Shown piece by piece: positions 1 to 8,821 of a stretch of DNA of 20,388 bases. Below the pieces are notes generated by a model that searched no databases, was not told the origin of the DNA, and saw only the letters and a list, made by a program, of their open reading frames with translations. The first letter of the stretch is position 1, and the number at the start of each line of letters is the position of its first letter. The DNA lies in NCBI GenBank assembly GCA_040260805.1, contig JBDQPD010000060.1, positions 1 through 20,388 on the forward strand, in the 5' to 3' direction. The translations under genes were made by a program, and so were the position numbers. Source of the DNA: Myxococcota bacterium. GTDB taxonomy: Bacteria > Myxococcota > UBA4151.

Positions 1-3000
1 AACCGCATCCGCGATTGCACCGTCGTCAACGCACGGATCAACTGGCTGGTCTTACGCAGCTCCAGCGTCACGGTGTCGCGCGTGAAGTCCCCCTGAGGCT
101 CCTGGCAATCCGGACCTTCACAGAACGTTGAATAGCTCTCCATATCCGCCGCACGTTGCAAGAGGGTCTGACCACCATAAGGCTGATCGACATAACCCAT
201 TCGGGCTGCATACACGGTACCGCTCACCGGATCACGCCAGGTGATCTTGTCTTCAGGCGCAAGCTCGGGAGCCCCTGCGTTCCCCTCAATCCAGATCTGG
301 CTTTCTTCGTTAAAGCGCTGATTGTAGGTGCCTTGGAATCGAGCCATGCCCAAAACCTGCCAGTACAACTGCACGGTGAACGTTGCGTACGGATTGATCG
401 GCTCAGAGTGGGTGGCGCTCAAATCGCCGGTATAGTTCGGCCACGTCAGCTCGCCGTCCTGATTATAGGGGGCAACCGCAGACCAGTCCTGACCCATAAT
501 CGCATTGTTCAGCTTGTGAATCTGATCACTAAAGGTTGAATAATAACCGATCTGCCACTCGCGCAGATCCTCGGGCGTCGAGCGCCCTACGTAGTTGGTT
601 TCTGAGTCACTAAGAGCGTACATCGCCATGACCTTGTCGAGATAGAACCCAACGTGGTGCAAGCAGTTGTACCAGAAGTAACCGCAGTTTCTCTCGTTGT
701 TACGACCCCGAGACCAAGCCGTTGAGTAATAACGAGCGTTCGCCGGGCTCAGATCGAGCGACGCCCCTGAGGTGTAGGGCCAATCCTTGAGCAAGACGCT
801 GCCATCATAGCCCGTTTCAGGTCCATAATCAGTGATGTCCGGCATCAGAATCGTCTGGACGAGATGGTTAAAGCCCGCTTGAACGCCCCACGTTTGTGTA
901 CCCCAACCGTTCTTAGCGTCGGTGTAGAACAGGCGCAGTTGATCCGCGTCGTAGTACATCGGCAGGAACCCGCGATACAGACCGTAGACATCGTGCCACT
1001 GCTTGATGCGGTCATAGGTGCGCCGGTAATACCTGGGCACATAGTTCCACCAGTAGTAGCTTGAGCTGATCTTTCCGCGCGGGAAGTTTCGGGTGATGTA
1101 CCAGGTGTCGATCTTGTCGAGGATGTTCTTAAGTCGCTCAGCCGGATCCGCGCCGGTGTCTCGCGTCAAACATGAATCACCCAGATCGCTGCGACCGTGT
1201 GAGCAATAAATATAAGGGATGCGCAACTTACCCGCGTTGGGTCCACGCAGAGCGCGGCTGTAATTCGTGTTGCGTCGAGCGGCTTCCGTTTCGGGCACGA
1301 AATCCGCTGCGTCAGTCCAGATGCGATTATCGGGGCGATACATCTTATCACCCATCTCATCCCAGAAGTTCGTGTAGTGATAAAAGGTCGGACCGTCATT
1401 CGCCCAGCCCATGATCTCACCTTGATCCTGCCACCAATCCAAGAGCGTACCGGGCTCGACGTCGCCATGGTCTTCGTAGACCTCGACCATGTTGCCATAT
1501 CCCCAATAAACGGCGGCTTTATCGTAGCTACCTAAGCCGGTGCCATCGATCGTGTACGTCCCGGCATAATCCATGACCGAAGTGTACGCGTAGTTGTACA
1601 AATTGTTGTTGATCTCATAGTCGGTGATCTCATCGGCGTTGGTCCCGACGCGAGGGCCAACGGTGCCGTCCTGACTGCGAATCTGCCAGTACTCTGGAAA
1701 GTAGTTCAGCGCATCATCGGAGGCACCAAAGTTGTGCATCAGACCGATGGAGTGACCGACTTCGTGAGCCAGAACAGCCGTATAAATACGAGTCCGAACG
1801 GCGTCGTAGATCTCGAAGGTCGTCATGTTGGAATCGGCATATTCACGAGCCAATCCCATGAGCGCATCGTCAGCCATCCCGCGCGTGTACATGTTGCGGC
1901 TCGCAGCCCAATCCTCAAACATCTCCTGCCGCTGGCTCAGCTCCGCATTAAAGCCATCACGTAGAATGGAGGCTCGGTCTAAAGCGGTGTCATCGAGCTC
2001 GTCTTCAGGGCCGTAGCCCATGCCGAGAAAGTTATCTGACTGAACCAACATGCCCTCGACAGGGGTTCCGATCAGCGAGTTGAGGCGGGCTTGCGCTGCG
2101 CCGTTCTTGCGGCGGATTAAGCCGGCGTCTTCAAACTCGGGCATCTGGTCCGAGAGCCAGGCCTTAAATCCACGGCGGCGCTGATCTTCTTCATCTTCTT
2201 CGGTCGGCGGGCGACGCCGAGCGTCGAGGGCGCGCGCCTCAGGCGAGTTGACCATCTTATCGACCATGTATTCCGCTTCATCCAAGCCCGGCCGAGAGCC
2301 AAAGCGAGAGCGGCGGTTGTCATGAAAGCGCTCCACCCAATCCTGAAGGTTGGTCCCGTTAATATACGAGTCGGCGTCACGGCTACCGTTGAGCAGCTCG
2401 ATCATCTCCGTGGTGTCCCAAGCTGCCGTGTCGTTGTGATGATAAACGTACGCCATCCCCGAGATAATTTCGCCGGTCTCGGGATCGGTATTCGAAGGTC
2501 CAAGGCCCAACAAGCCGTAGGTCATATAGTCCGGTAAATAAGCCATAAAGCTGTGGCGAATATCGCCGAGCCTTGCGTTGTATCCCTCGCCGCCGCATTC
2601 GATCGGATCGCCAGCCTGCGTGGGGTTGTTGGGGCAAAGCACAAACATGCGACCACCCTCGGGCAAGGACGCGCCAAGCTCAGTGACCATCCCGCTAAAG
2701 ACGGTGTTCCACTGATCCGCTACCGACCGAGCGGCGGCGTTGATCACCGGATCCGTCGCCTCATCAGGCCAGTCCGGGTTGACGTGATAGACCAGCGGCT
2801 TACCCGTGCGCTGCGCCAGCGGCATCGGGTCACCGGTCGCATCATCAATGGTCTTTTCCCAAATGTTGTGGCGGTTGATCAGCTGCTCTTTGTTTTGGTG
2901 CCGGATACCTTCTTGGCGGTGATAGACCAGCCGCTCGGTCTCGAAGTAACCAAAGAGCTCGCTCTCGGTCCCTTTATACGAGCGAGGCTCATACTGGCTG

Positions 3001-3746
3001 CCTGGCTTGATGCGCAGGAAGCTGTTGCGCAAGGTGTACTCGCCCGGTCCGCACTCCTGAAACTGATGATCGTAAAACCAGCACAGCGGAATCTTGCCAT
3101 AGCTCGGGTGATCGATCGTTCCGGCCGCGGCGAAGAGCCTAGTGGTCACATCAAAGTAATCTAGGGAGTCGTCTTTCATGACAAAGTTCGGGGCGTCGGG
3201 ATGGCTGGGGTCTTGGACGTAATAGTTGACCGGCTCGGTGCGCTGAACGTCAAAGCCGTCGTCAGCCATCACCACCAAGTTCTTTGACCAATCGACGCGC
3301 ATGTACTCACGCTCGCTCCATGGACGATCGATGGCGTTCTCGCTCAAGATGTTGAGCTTCTCGCCGGTCGCCGAGTTGTAAGGCTGCGCAATATCAAAGT
3401 GCTTCACCACTCGAAACGCACCGACCACTTCGCCTTCATAGTCACGCGCCTCCTGAGCGCGCCGGACCAAGTTGTCGCCGTCCTTGAGGAACTCGGTCAT
3501 CCGGCGAATGTACACCACGCCTTCTTGAATATCGAAGCGGATCTTCTTAAGCGTCCAGCTGCCGTCGCCCACGAAGGTGAAGCCGTCGGCGGCAGGCACA
3601 TCAACAATGGTTCGGCCGTAGTACCAAAGACCGTCTAGATCGACTTTCTTGATGTAGTTCGGCTGGACCCTGTTGATGGGCTCTTGCTCTTGGGCACAAG
3701 AAACAACTGTCATCATGGCAGTGGCGAGAAGAAGATGGCGTTTCAT
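1..3746 (-). CDS. Large lipoprotein zinc metalloprotease, metzincin clan (DUF4953/EcxA zinc-binding-like); 3'-partial, >=1248 aa
   Basis: Translated manually; absent from the ORF track because there is no in-frame stop inside the window. ATG at 3746 with GGAG upstream. N-terminus MKRHLLLATAMMTVVSC is a lipoprotein-type signal (Cys17). Contains DPETGEII (~2462-2486), the extended zinc motif HEVGHSIGLMH (1734-1766, residues 661-671), the Met-turn YTSVMDY (~1567-1587), and a later YCSH..D..C.T.D.GADP segment. The frame is open to the window edge (...LRKTSQLIRALTTVQSRMR). Confidence 0.88.
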   Translation of the reverse strand, partial: MKRHLLLATAMMTVVSCAQEQEPINRVQPNYIKKVDLDGLWYYGRTIVDVPAADGFTFVGDGSWTLKKIRFDIQEGVVYIRRMTEFLKDGDNLVRRAQEARDYEGEVVGAFRVVKHFDIAQPYNSATGEKLNILSENAIDRPWSEREYMRVDWSKNLVVMADDGFDVQRTEPVNYYVQDPSHPDAPNFVMKDDSLDYFDVTTRLFAAAGTIDHPSYGKIPLCWFYDHQFQECGPGEYTLRNSFLRIKPGSQYEPRSYKGTESELFGYFETERLVYHRQEGIRHQNKEQLINRHNIWEKTIDDATGDPMPLAQRTGKPLVYHVNPDWPDEATDPVINAAARSVADQWNTVFSGMVTELGASLPEGGRMFVLCPNNPTQAGDPIECGGEGYNARLGDIRHSFMAYLPDYMTYGLLGLGPSNTDPETGEIISGMAYVYHHNDTAAWDTTEMIELLNGSRDADSYINGTNLQDWVERFHDNRRSRFGSRPGLDEAEYMVDKMVNSPEARALDARRRPPTEEDEEDQRRRGFKAWLSDQMPEFEDAGLIRRKNGAAQARLNSLIGTPVEGMLVQSDNFLGMGYGPEDELDDTALDRASILRDGFNAELSQRQEMFEDWAASRNMYTRGMADDALMGLAREYADSNMTTFEIYDAVRTRIYTAVLAHEVGHSIGLMHNFGASDDALNYFPEYWQIRSQDGTVGPRVGTNADEITDYEINNNLYNYAYTSVMDYAGTYTIDGTGLGSYDKAAVYWGYGNMVEVYEDHGDVEPGTLLDWWQDQGEIMGWANDGPTFYHYTNFWDEMGDKMYRPDNRIWTDAADFVPETEAARRNTNYSRALRGPNAGKLRIPYIYCSHGRSDLGDSCLTRDTGADPAERLKNILDKIDTWYITRNFPRGKISSSYYWWNYVPRYYRRTYDRIKQWHDVYGLYRGFLPMYYDADQLRLFYTDAKNGWGTQTWGVQAGFNHLVQTILMPDITDYGPETGYDGSVLLKDWPYTSGASLDLSPANARYYSTAWSRGRNNERNCGYFWYNCLHHVGFYLDKVMAMYALSDSETNYVGRSTPEDLREWQIGYYSTFSDQIHKLNNAIMGQDWSAVAPYNQDGELTWPNYTGDLSATHSEPINPYATFTVQLYWQVLGMARFQGTYNQRFNEESQIWIEGNAGAPELAPEDKITWRDPVSGTVYAARMGYVDQPYGGQTLLQRAADMESYSTFCEGPDCQEPQGDFTRDTVTLELRKTSQLIRALTTVQSRMR

Positions 3747-3757
3747 GATCGCTCCGA

Positions 3758-4699
3758 TCAAAACCGTGCGGTGAGGTCTAAATAAAGGTTCGAATATCGG
3801 TTGACGAAAGGCGTGCGATAACGCCCATCCGCGCCGAGTTGTGGGTGCGCATTTTGTAAACCCAAAGCAACACCCAGTCGTTTGATGGGGGCAGCAGACA
3901 GGCGGACATCCGAGATCAAGATGGAGCGCACAGACGTACCGCTCGGGCCGTCGTAAGAGATGCGCTCATCCGTTAAACTCTCCGAATAAGTTCCTAGCCA
4001 CGACCCCCCGAGTCGGACTCGGGCGCTGAGCTTATAAGGAAGCTTGACGCTCGCCGTCAGGACCGAGGTTAGGGCCCCGTAAGCGTTCGCCGAGCCGCTG
4101 TGCAGGACGAGCTCTTCGGTGCAACTCGCTGCGAAGCTCGCTACCGAGGCGCCACCCGAGCAGCTCGAGTACAGACTTTGCGACGAGCTACCATGGGTCG
4201 CCCCATGCCCATAACCGGTCGCTGATAAACTCAGGCTCAGTGCGGCGCCCTTGAGCACTTTAAAGGAACGCTTTAGACCCAAGCCGACGGTCAGCGCCCC
4301 GTAGCGAGTTTTGGCGCGACTCGCCTCAGAGAGGCCCGCCCGAAGCGTTGCGCTTCCCGATAACGACAAGCCTGTCGGGGTGTGGTCGAACAAGGCGCCG
4401 CGAGCGAGCGTCAGGGTCGGGTCGCCGTAGCTAAAACTGCTGGGCTCCGCATCGCGCCGCGTGTACTCGCCTTCCCAGTCCCAGTTCGCCGATAGGCTGA
4501 GCTTGGCGGGCAGCGCATAGACAGGCGAGAAGCTGAGGATCGCAGCGGCATACGGGTTCCACGTCGGGTCTGCGCCTGGGTTCAAGCCGTTGGCGTTGGT
4601 GGCATGGCGAAGCGTCACTGAGCTGCCTGCGAACTTAGACCCGTCGGCTTGTGCTGGCATCGCCAACAATAATCCTGCGATCATCAAGAGCTTAGACAA
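3758..4699 (-). CDS. Putative outer-membrane beta-barrel protein, unknown function (313 aa)
   Basis: TTG start with upstream GGAG. Sec-type signal ending AMPAQA. Many alternating amphipathic segments (LSLSANWDW, LSLSGSATLRAG, LTVGLGLKRSF, LSLSLSATGY). C-terminus NLYLDLTARF has a terminal Phe and alternating hydrophobics, like a BAM beta-signal. Ends 11 nt before the protease ATG. Confidence 0.65.
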   Translation of the reverse strand: MSKLLMIAGLLLAMPAQADGSKFAGSSVTLRHATNANGLNPGADPTWNPYAAAILSFSPVYALPAKLSLSANWDWEGEYTRRDAEPSSFSYGDPTLTLARGALFDHTPTGLSLSGSATLRAGLSEASRAKTRYGALTVGLGLKRSFKVLKGAALSLSLSATGYGHGATHGSSSQSLYSSCSGGASVASFAASCTEELVLHSGSANAYGALTSVLTASVKLPYKLSARVRLGGSWLGTYSESLTDERISYDGPSGTSVRSILISDVRLSAAPIKRLGVALGLQNAHPQLGADGRYRTPFVNRYSNLYLDLTARF

Positions 4700-4821
4700 A
4701 CTCGACTTTCTCCGCTTGACGACGTGCCTCTAGCACAACCTAGCGATCATCGCATGCTTGGACTGCTCGATCACAACCAAAGCCCGACACCACAGAAGCC
4801 GGCGGCGAGACAGCTCGCGAA

Positions 4822-5208
4822 CTATTCCGATGCGCAATGCTCGGAATAGATGTCGGCGTTCATCAACTCACTGAGTTGATCCGGTACCGTCAGTCGGATT
4901 TTGACCATCCAGCCTTCGCCATAAGGATCATCGTTGATGACCTCAGGGCTGTCATCAAGCTCCTCGTTGATCTCAACAATCTCGCCCGACACAGGGGCAT
5001 AGAGTTGGCTCACCGACTTGTTGGATTCGATCTCGCCAAAGTCATCACCTTTCTCATACTCCGTACCCACCTCGGGGAGCTCGACATAGGTGATGTCCCC
5101 AAGCTGAGTTTGAGCATGATCGGTAATGCCAACGGTCACCACGCCGCCTTTCTCCAAGGCCCATTCGTGATCACTACTGTACAGGAGTTCCTCTGGGATT
5201 TTGCTCAT
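4822..5208 (-). CDS. gcvH: Glycine cleavage system H protein (lipoyl carrier)
   Basis: 128-aa acidic protein with YSSDHEW, VGITDHAQTQLGDITYVELP, lipoyl-Lys motif EIESNKSVSQLYAPVSG, and INDDPYGEGW. Directly downstream of gcvT. Confidence 0.97.
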   Translation of the reverse strand: MSKIPEELLYSSDHEWALEKGGVVTVGITDHAQTQLGDITYVELPEVGTEYEKGDDFGEIESNKSVSQLYAPVSGEIVEINEELDDSPEVINDDPYGEGWMVKIRLTVPDQLSELMNADIYSEHCASE

Positions 5209-5223
5209 CTCGAAAGCTCCGAA

Positions 5224-6306
5224 TCAACGCTTATAAAAAGGTGTTTTGACGACCACTGCCTGGTGCACTCTGCCGCGAATATCAACCCCTAGTTCGGTAT
5301 CGACCTTCGCATACTCGGTAGGCACCAACGCGACGGCGATACTCTTCTTGAGGCTGGGTGAAAAGGCACCGGAGGTTACTCTGCCGATGTTCTCGCCCTC
5401 AGCGTTGACAACCGGCGAGCCCGAGCGGGCGACACGGCGCCCCTCAAGAATCAGCCCTGCCAGCTTTCTTTGCGGCTTATCTTGCCGGGTTTGGCGCACC
5501 GTATCGACGCCGATAAAATCTTTGATCTTGTCTTTGCAGATCCAGCCCAGTCCGGCTTCGATGGGGTTAATGTCCTCATCGATATCGTTTCCGTACAAGG
5601 CATATTTCATCTCAAGCCGGAGGCTGTCTCGAGCGCCTAAGCCGCATGGCGTCACGCCGGCACCGAGCAAGGCGCGCCAGATGGCCACGGCATGGTCGGC
5701 AGGGATGTACAGCTCAAACCCGTCTTCGCCCGTGTACCCCGTGCGAGCTGCGATCACACCATCGACACCAGCCACTGAGCAGCTGCTCATCGCAAAGGGC
5801 TCTAAGCCAGCCAAGTCAGCAGGCGATAACCCATCAACCAAGGCGACCGCTAAAGGTCCCTGCACAGCGATCTGAGCAAAATCATCACAGGCGTCGACGA
5901 CTTGTGTCTCGGAGCCGACATGATCACGAATCCAAGCGATATCACGCTCGGCATTCGATGCGTTCAAACAGATAAGAAACTCATCCTCTGCGAACCGATA
6001 CACGATCAAGTCGTCAAGAAACCCACCCGACTCATTGAGCAGTCCCGCATAGCACGCCTTGCCATCAACAAGCGACGCCACCGAGTTGGTGACCAAGCGG
6101 TCAAGGTCCACTAAAGCTCCAGGACCGCGCAGCCAGACCTCGCCCATGTGGCTCACATCAAACATGCCGACGCGGGTTCGAACCGCCTCATGTTCAGCGT
6201 TCGCGCCGGTGTATTGCACCGGCATATCCCACCCACCAAAGTCGACCATGCGCGCGTCTAAAGCCACGTGTTCGGCATGAAGGGGTGTTGTACGTTGCTC
6301 GCTCAT
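5224..6306 (-). CDS. gcvT: Glycine cleavage system aminomethyltransferase (T protein)
   Basis: RTTPLH, MVDFGGWDMPVQY, GMFDVSHMGE, RTGYTGEDGFE, GLGARDSLRLE, GRVTSG..SPSL, C-terminal PFYKR. Start moved from the track's 6321 to ATG 6306, which has GGAG upstream. Confidence 0.97.
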   Translation of the reverse strand: MSEQRTTPLHAEHVALDARMVDFGGWDMPVQYTGANAEHEAVRTRVGMFDVSHMGEVWLRGPGALVDLDRLVTNSVASLVDGKACYAGLLNESGGFLDDLIVYRFAEDEFLICLNASNAERDIAWIRDHVGSETQVVDACDDFAQIAVQGPLAVALVDGLSPADLAGLEPFAMSSCSVAGVDGVIAARTGYTGEDGFELYIPADHAVAIWRALLGAGVTPCGLGARDSLRLEMKYALYGNDIDEDINPIEAGLGWICKDKIKDFIGVDTVRQTRQDKPQRKLAGLILEGRRVARSGSPVVNAEGENIGRVTSGAFSPSLKKSIAVALVPTEYAKVDTELGVDIRGRVHQAVVVKTPFYKR

Positions 6307-6352
6307 AGGAACTTGCTCCAATCGATGCGCTGCGTTGAGACGCGCTCAGGCA

Positions 6353-6363
6353 TGACTTGTCAA
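6353..6363 (-). promoter_or_regulatory. Possible sigma70-type -35 element (TTGACA) upstream of gcvT, overlapping a short TGAC-N2-GTCA inverted repeat
   Basis: Minus-strand TTGACA at 6358-6363 in the 63-nt SDR-gcvT gap; TGACTTGTCA at 6353-6362. No convincing -10 hexamer at 17-nt spacing. Confidence 0.25.
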
Positions 6364-6369
6364 GCGCCG

Positions 6370-7224
6370 TTAGGCGCGCCTCAAAACCCAACGGATTAAG
6401 CGATGAAAGCTGCGCGCCGGCAGAACCCACGCAAAGAAGCGCTGCGCTTTGGCTAATGCTGGCGTCGCGTGAAAGAAACCCCGCCGCCGACCCTCGGCGA
6501 CGGCCAGGACAAACCGTGCGAACTGGTCAGGGTCGGCCATGGGCTGCTCCGTCGCCACGCGCCGGATCTTTTTCCCGAGCCGTTTGTAGTGGTTCTCGAT
6601 AGGCTCCGGAAGACCGGTCTCCATCTCTAAGTACTTGTCCCCACGCGGCACCGCAGTGCCCCAAATCGAGGTGCGATAGCTGCCCGGACGGATCACATGA
6701 ACCGTCAAGCCGAGCGGACCCATCTCCATGGACAACGACTCCGCCATCGCCTCTAGGGCTCGTTTTGAGGCGGCATAAAGCCCCAACAAAGCGGTCGGCA
6801 TCTGAGTGGAGATCGAAGAGATGAAGATGCTCATGCCCTTCGCCGCAATCAAAGGCGCAATCAGGCGGCTATTAAAATCGATTTGACCAATGGTGTTGAT
6901 CTCAAACTGGGCTCTAAAATCGGCTCGGTCGGCGCCGACCATTGGAGCGGGATAAGCAGTGCCCGCATTGTGAACAACGCAATCAAGCGAACCGCCTGAC
7001 CATTCAGCGATCTCCTGTGCGCAAGCCGCACACGAGGCTTCATCGACCAGATCCAAGATACCAACGGTGCCGCCTGCTTGACGCAAGGTCTCACCATCCG
7101 AGACGCGTCGAACGGTGCCAAACACTGCCCAGCCGCGACGGAGCGCCTCTTGAGCGATCACCAGACCAAAACCTGACGAACACCCGGTCACGACCATACG
7201 GCGGATAGCGACCTGATCAGCCAT
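6370..7224 (-). CDS. Short-chain dehydrogenase/reductase (classical SDR)
   Basis: TGCSSGFG cofactor motif, HNAG, catalytic YAASK, PG(S)YRT. Start overlaps the pepD stop (TGATG at 7222-7226). Confidence 0.92.
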   Translation of the reverse strand: MADQVAIRRMVVTGCSSGFGLVIAQEALRRGWAVFGTVRRVSDGETLRQAGGTVGILDLVDEASCAACAQEIAEWSGGSLDCVVHNAGTAYPAPMVGADRADFRAQFEINTIGQIDFNSRLIAPLIAAKGMSIFISSISTQMPTALLGLYAASKRALEAMAESLSMEMGPLGLTVHVIRPGSYRTSIWGTAVPRGDKYLEMETGLPEPIENHYKRLGKKIRRVATEQPMADPDQFARFVLAVAEGRRRGFFHATPALAKAQRFFAWVLPARSFHRLIRWVLRRA

Positions 7225-8717
7225 CAGCGATCACACAAAGCACGCAACAAGGCTTCGACCTGGCGCGTCACGACACCGACAGACGGAATCCGCACCTCTT
7301 CGTCAGGACTGTGCGCGTTGTTGATGTCGGGGCCAAAGCTGATCATATCGCATTCGGGCAAAATACGTTTGAGCAAGCCACACTCAAGCCCCGCGTGAAT
7401 CGCAGTCACCTCGGGTTCCGCGCCTGCGAGGTCGCTAAAGACCTGACGGGTGATCGCCAACATAGGCGAACCCATATCCGGTTGCCACCCCGGATACGGC
7501 GCTTGCTGACGCGCCACAAAGCCGTGGGCGTGAGCGAGCGCAGCGATCTGGTCTGGGATTAACGACAAGGCAGCCGCATTCGAGGAGCGGGTGCACAGAA
7601 TCACAGAGAACTCGTGCTCGTCCATGTCCAAGACGCCAAGGTTGCAGCTGCTCTCAACCAAGCCCGGAATGGTCGAACTCATGGTGATGACCCCGTTTGG
7701 GGCTGTGTAGAGTAAACCTAATAAACGCCTAGCGTCGGCGTCTTCGATCACCGCTGACTGGTCGGTTCCATCGACCTCGAACTCAAGACTCCAGTCGGCT
7801 TCAGAGTCGACATGGAGCATCTTAAGTTCACCGAGATAATTGGTGAGCAGCCCAGGGATACGAGCAGCCATTTCGCCTCGAACTCGCAAGCGCGCCGTCG
7901 CCTCACGCGGGATCGCATTGCGCTTTGAGCCACCGTGGAAATCGATCAGCTTCCAGCTCGCTCCGTCGCGCTCTAAACGCAGCAAAGCTCGACTCAATAA
8001 TCGAATCGCGTTGCCTCGGTTAAGGTGGATATCCAAGCCGGAGTGTCCGCCTTTAAGTCCGCGCAGACGCACCTCAATGGTCACGTCACCGCTTTGAGCG
8101 GGCTCACGGCGAAGCGCGCCGGTCACCAGGCTGTCGGCGCCGCCGGCGCAGCCCACGTACAAAACACCCTCTTCCTCAGCGTCGAGGTTGATCAAGCGGC
8201 GACCTGAAAGATACTGATTCTCGAGTTCTCGAGCGCCGCTCATCCCCGTCTCTTCGTCGATGGTAAACAGCAGCTCAAGCGGCGGGTGATCAGCAAATAA
8301 CCCCTCGCCTGCACCCAAAGCAATCGCAACACCGATGCCATTGTCGGCGCCCAAAGTGGTACCACTTGCGAGCAGGCGGTCTCCGACGACGCGCAGCGCA
8401 ATCGGGTCCGTTTCAAAGCAATGATCCGAATCTGAATTCTTTTCGGTCACCATATCGAGGTGACCCTGAATAATGACGGTCTGCGCCTCAACACCGGCCC
8501 CGCGGCCAGGGACATGGACCACGAGGTTCCCGATGCCATCTCGGTAACATTTGAACCCATGGTCCTCGGACCAACCGATGATGTAGGTGCGCACATCTTC
8601 TTCTTGTCCGCTCGGCCTAGGTCTGGCGGCTAACTCACCGAAATGACGCCAAACGATGCTAGGCTCATAAGCCGATAAGACGGATCGGTTGTGTTCGATA
8701 ATCTGTTCGTTATCCAT
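7224..8717 (-). CDS. pepD: Aminoacyl-histidine dipeptidase (peptidase D, M20 family)
   Basis: PRPSGQE, IQGHLDMV, TTLGADNGIG, LFTIDEETGM, INLDAEEEG, GLKGGHSG, IHAGLECG, NAHSPDE. Start moved to ATG 8717 (GGAAGGA upstream); 497 aa. Confidence 0.92.
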   Translation of the reverse strand: MDNEQIIEHNRSVLSAYEPSIVWRHFGELAARPRPSGQEEDVRTYIIGWSEDHGFKCYRDGIGNLVVHVPGRGAGVEAQTVIIQGHLDMVTEKNSDSDHCFETDPIALRVVGDRLLASGTTLGADNGIGVAIALGAGEGLFADHPPLELLFTIDEETGMSGARELENQYLSGRRLINLDAEEEGVLYVGCAGGADSLVTGALRREPAQSGDVTIEVRLRGLKGGHSGLDIHLNRGNAIRLLSRALLRLERDGASWKLIDFHGGSKRNAIPREATARLRVRGEMAARIPGLLTNYLGELKMLHVDSEADWSLEFEVDGTDQSAVIEDADARRLLGLLYTAPNGVITMSSTIPGLVESSCNLGVLDMDEHEFSVILCTRSSNAAALSLIPDQIAALAHAHGFVARQQAPYPGWQPDMGSPMLAITRQVFSDLAGAEPEVTAIHAGLECGLLKRILPECDMISFGPDINNAHSPDEEVRIPSVGVVTRQVEALLRALCDR

Positions 8718-8821
8718 GGCGGTCCTTCCCTGGCAGGGCACGTTGGCCTGCCTGATGACGTGTGCGAGCGGTTGCAACCTGGCTCGTCTCCAACTACTGC
8801 CTATCCATCGGAGAGTAGTCT

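Noticed and set aside
156..3638. Many short track ORFs on both strands (e.g. 156..539, 1166..1498, 2553..3164, 3399..3638)
   Set aside because: They are antisense or off-frame shadows of the long motif-bearing metzincin frame and have no motifs of their own.
4805..4818. Hairpin GCGAG-ACAG-CTCGC just after the gcvH stop
   Set aside because: Only 5 bp and no U-tract on the minus strand, which is not enough to call a terminator.
6307..6369. Glycine riboswitch expected upstream of gcvT
   Set aside because: The gap is only 63 nt and lacks the GGAGA...CCGAAG...CUCAGG aptamer pattern.
8718..8777. Track's N-terminal extension of pepD (TTG 8777)
   Set aside because: ATG 8717 has an RBS and gives a typical PepD length; the extension lies in the divergent pepD/orn promoter region.
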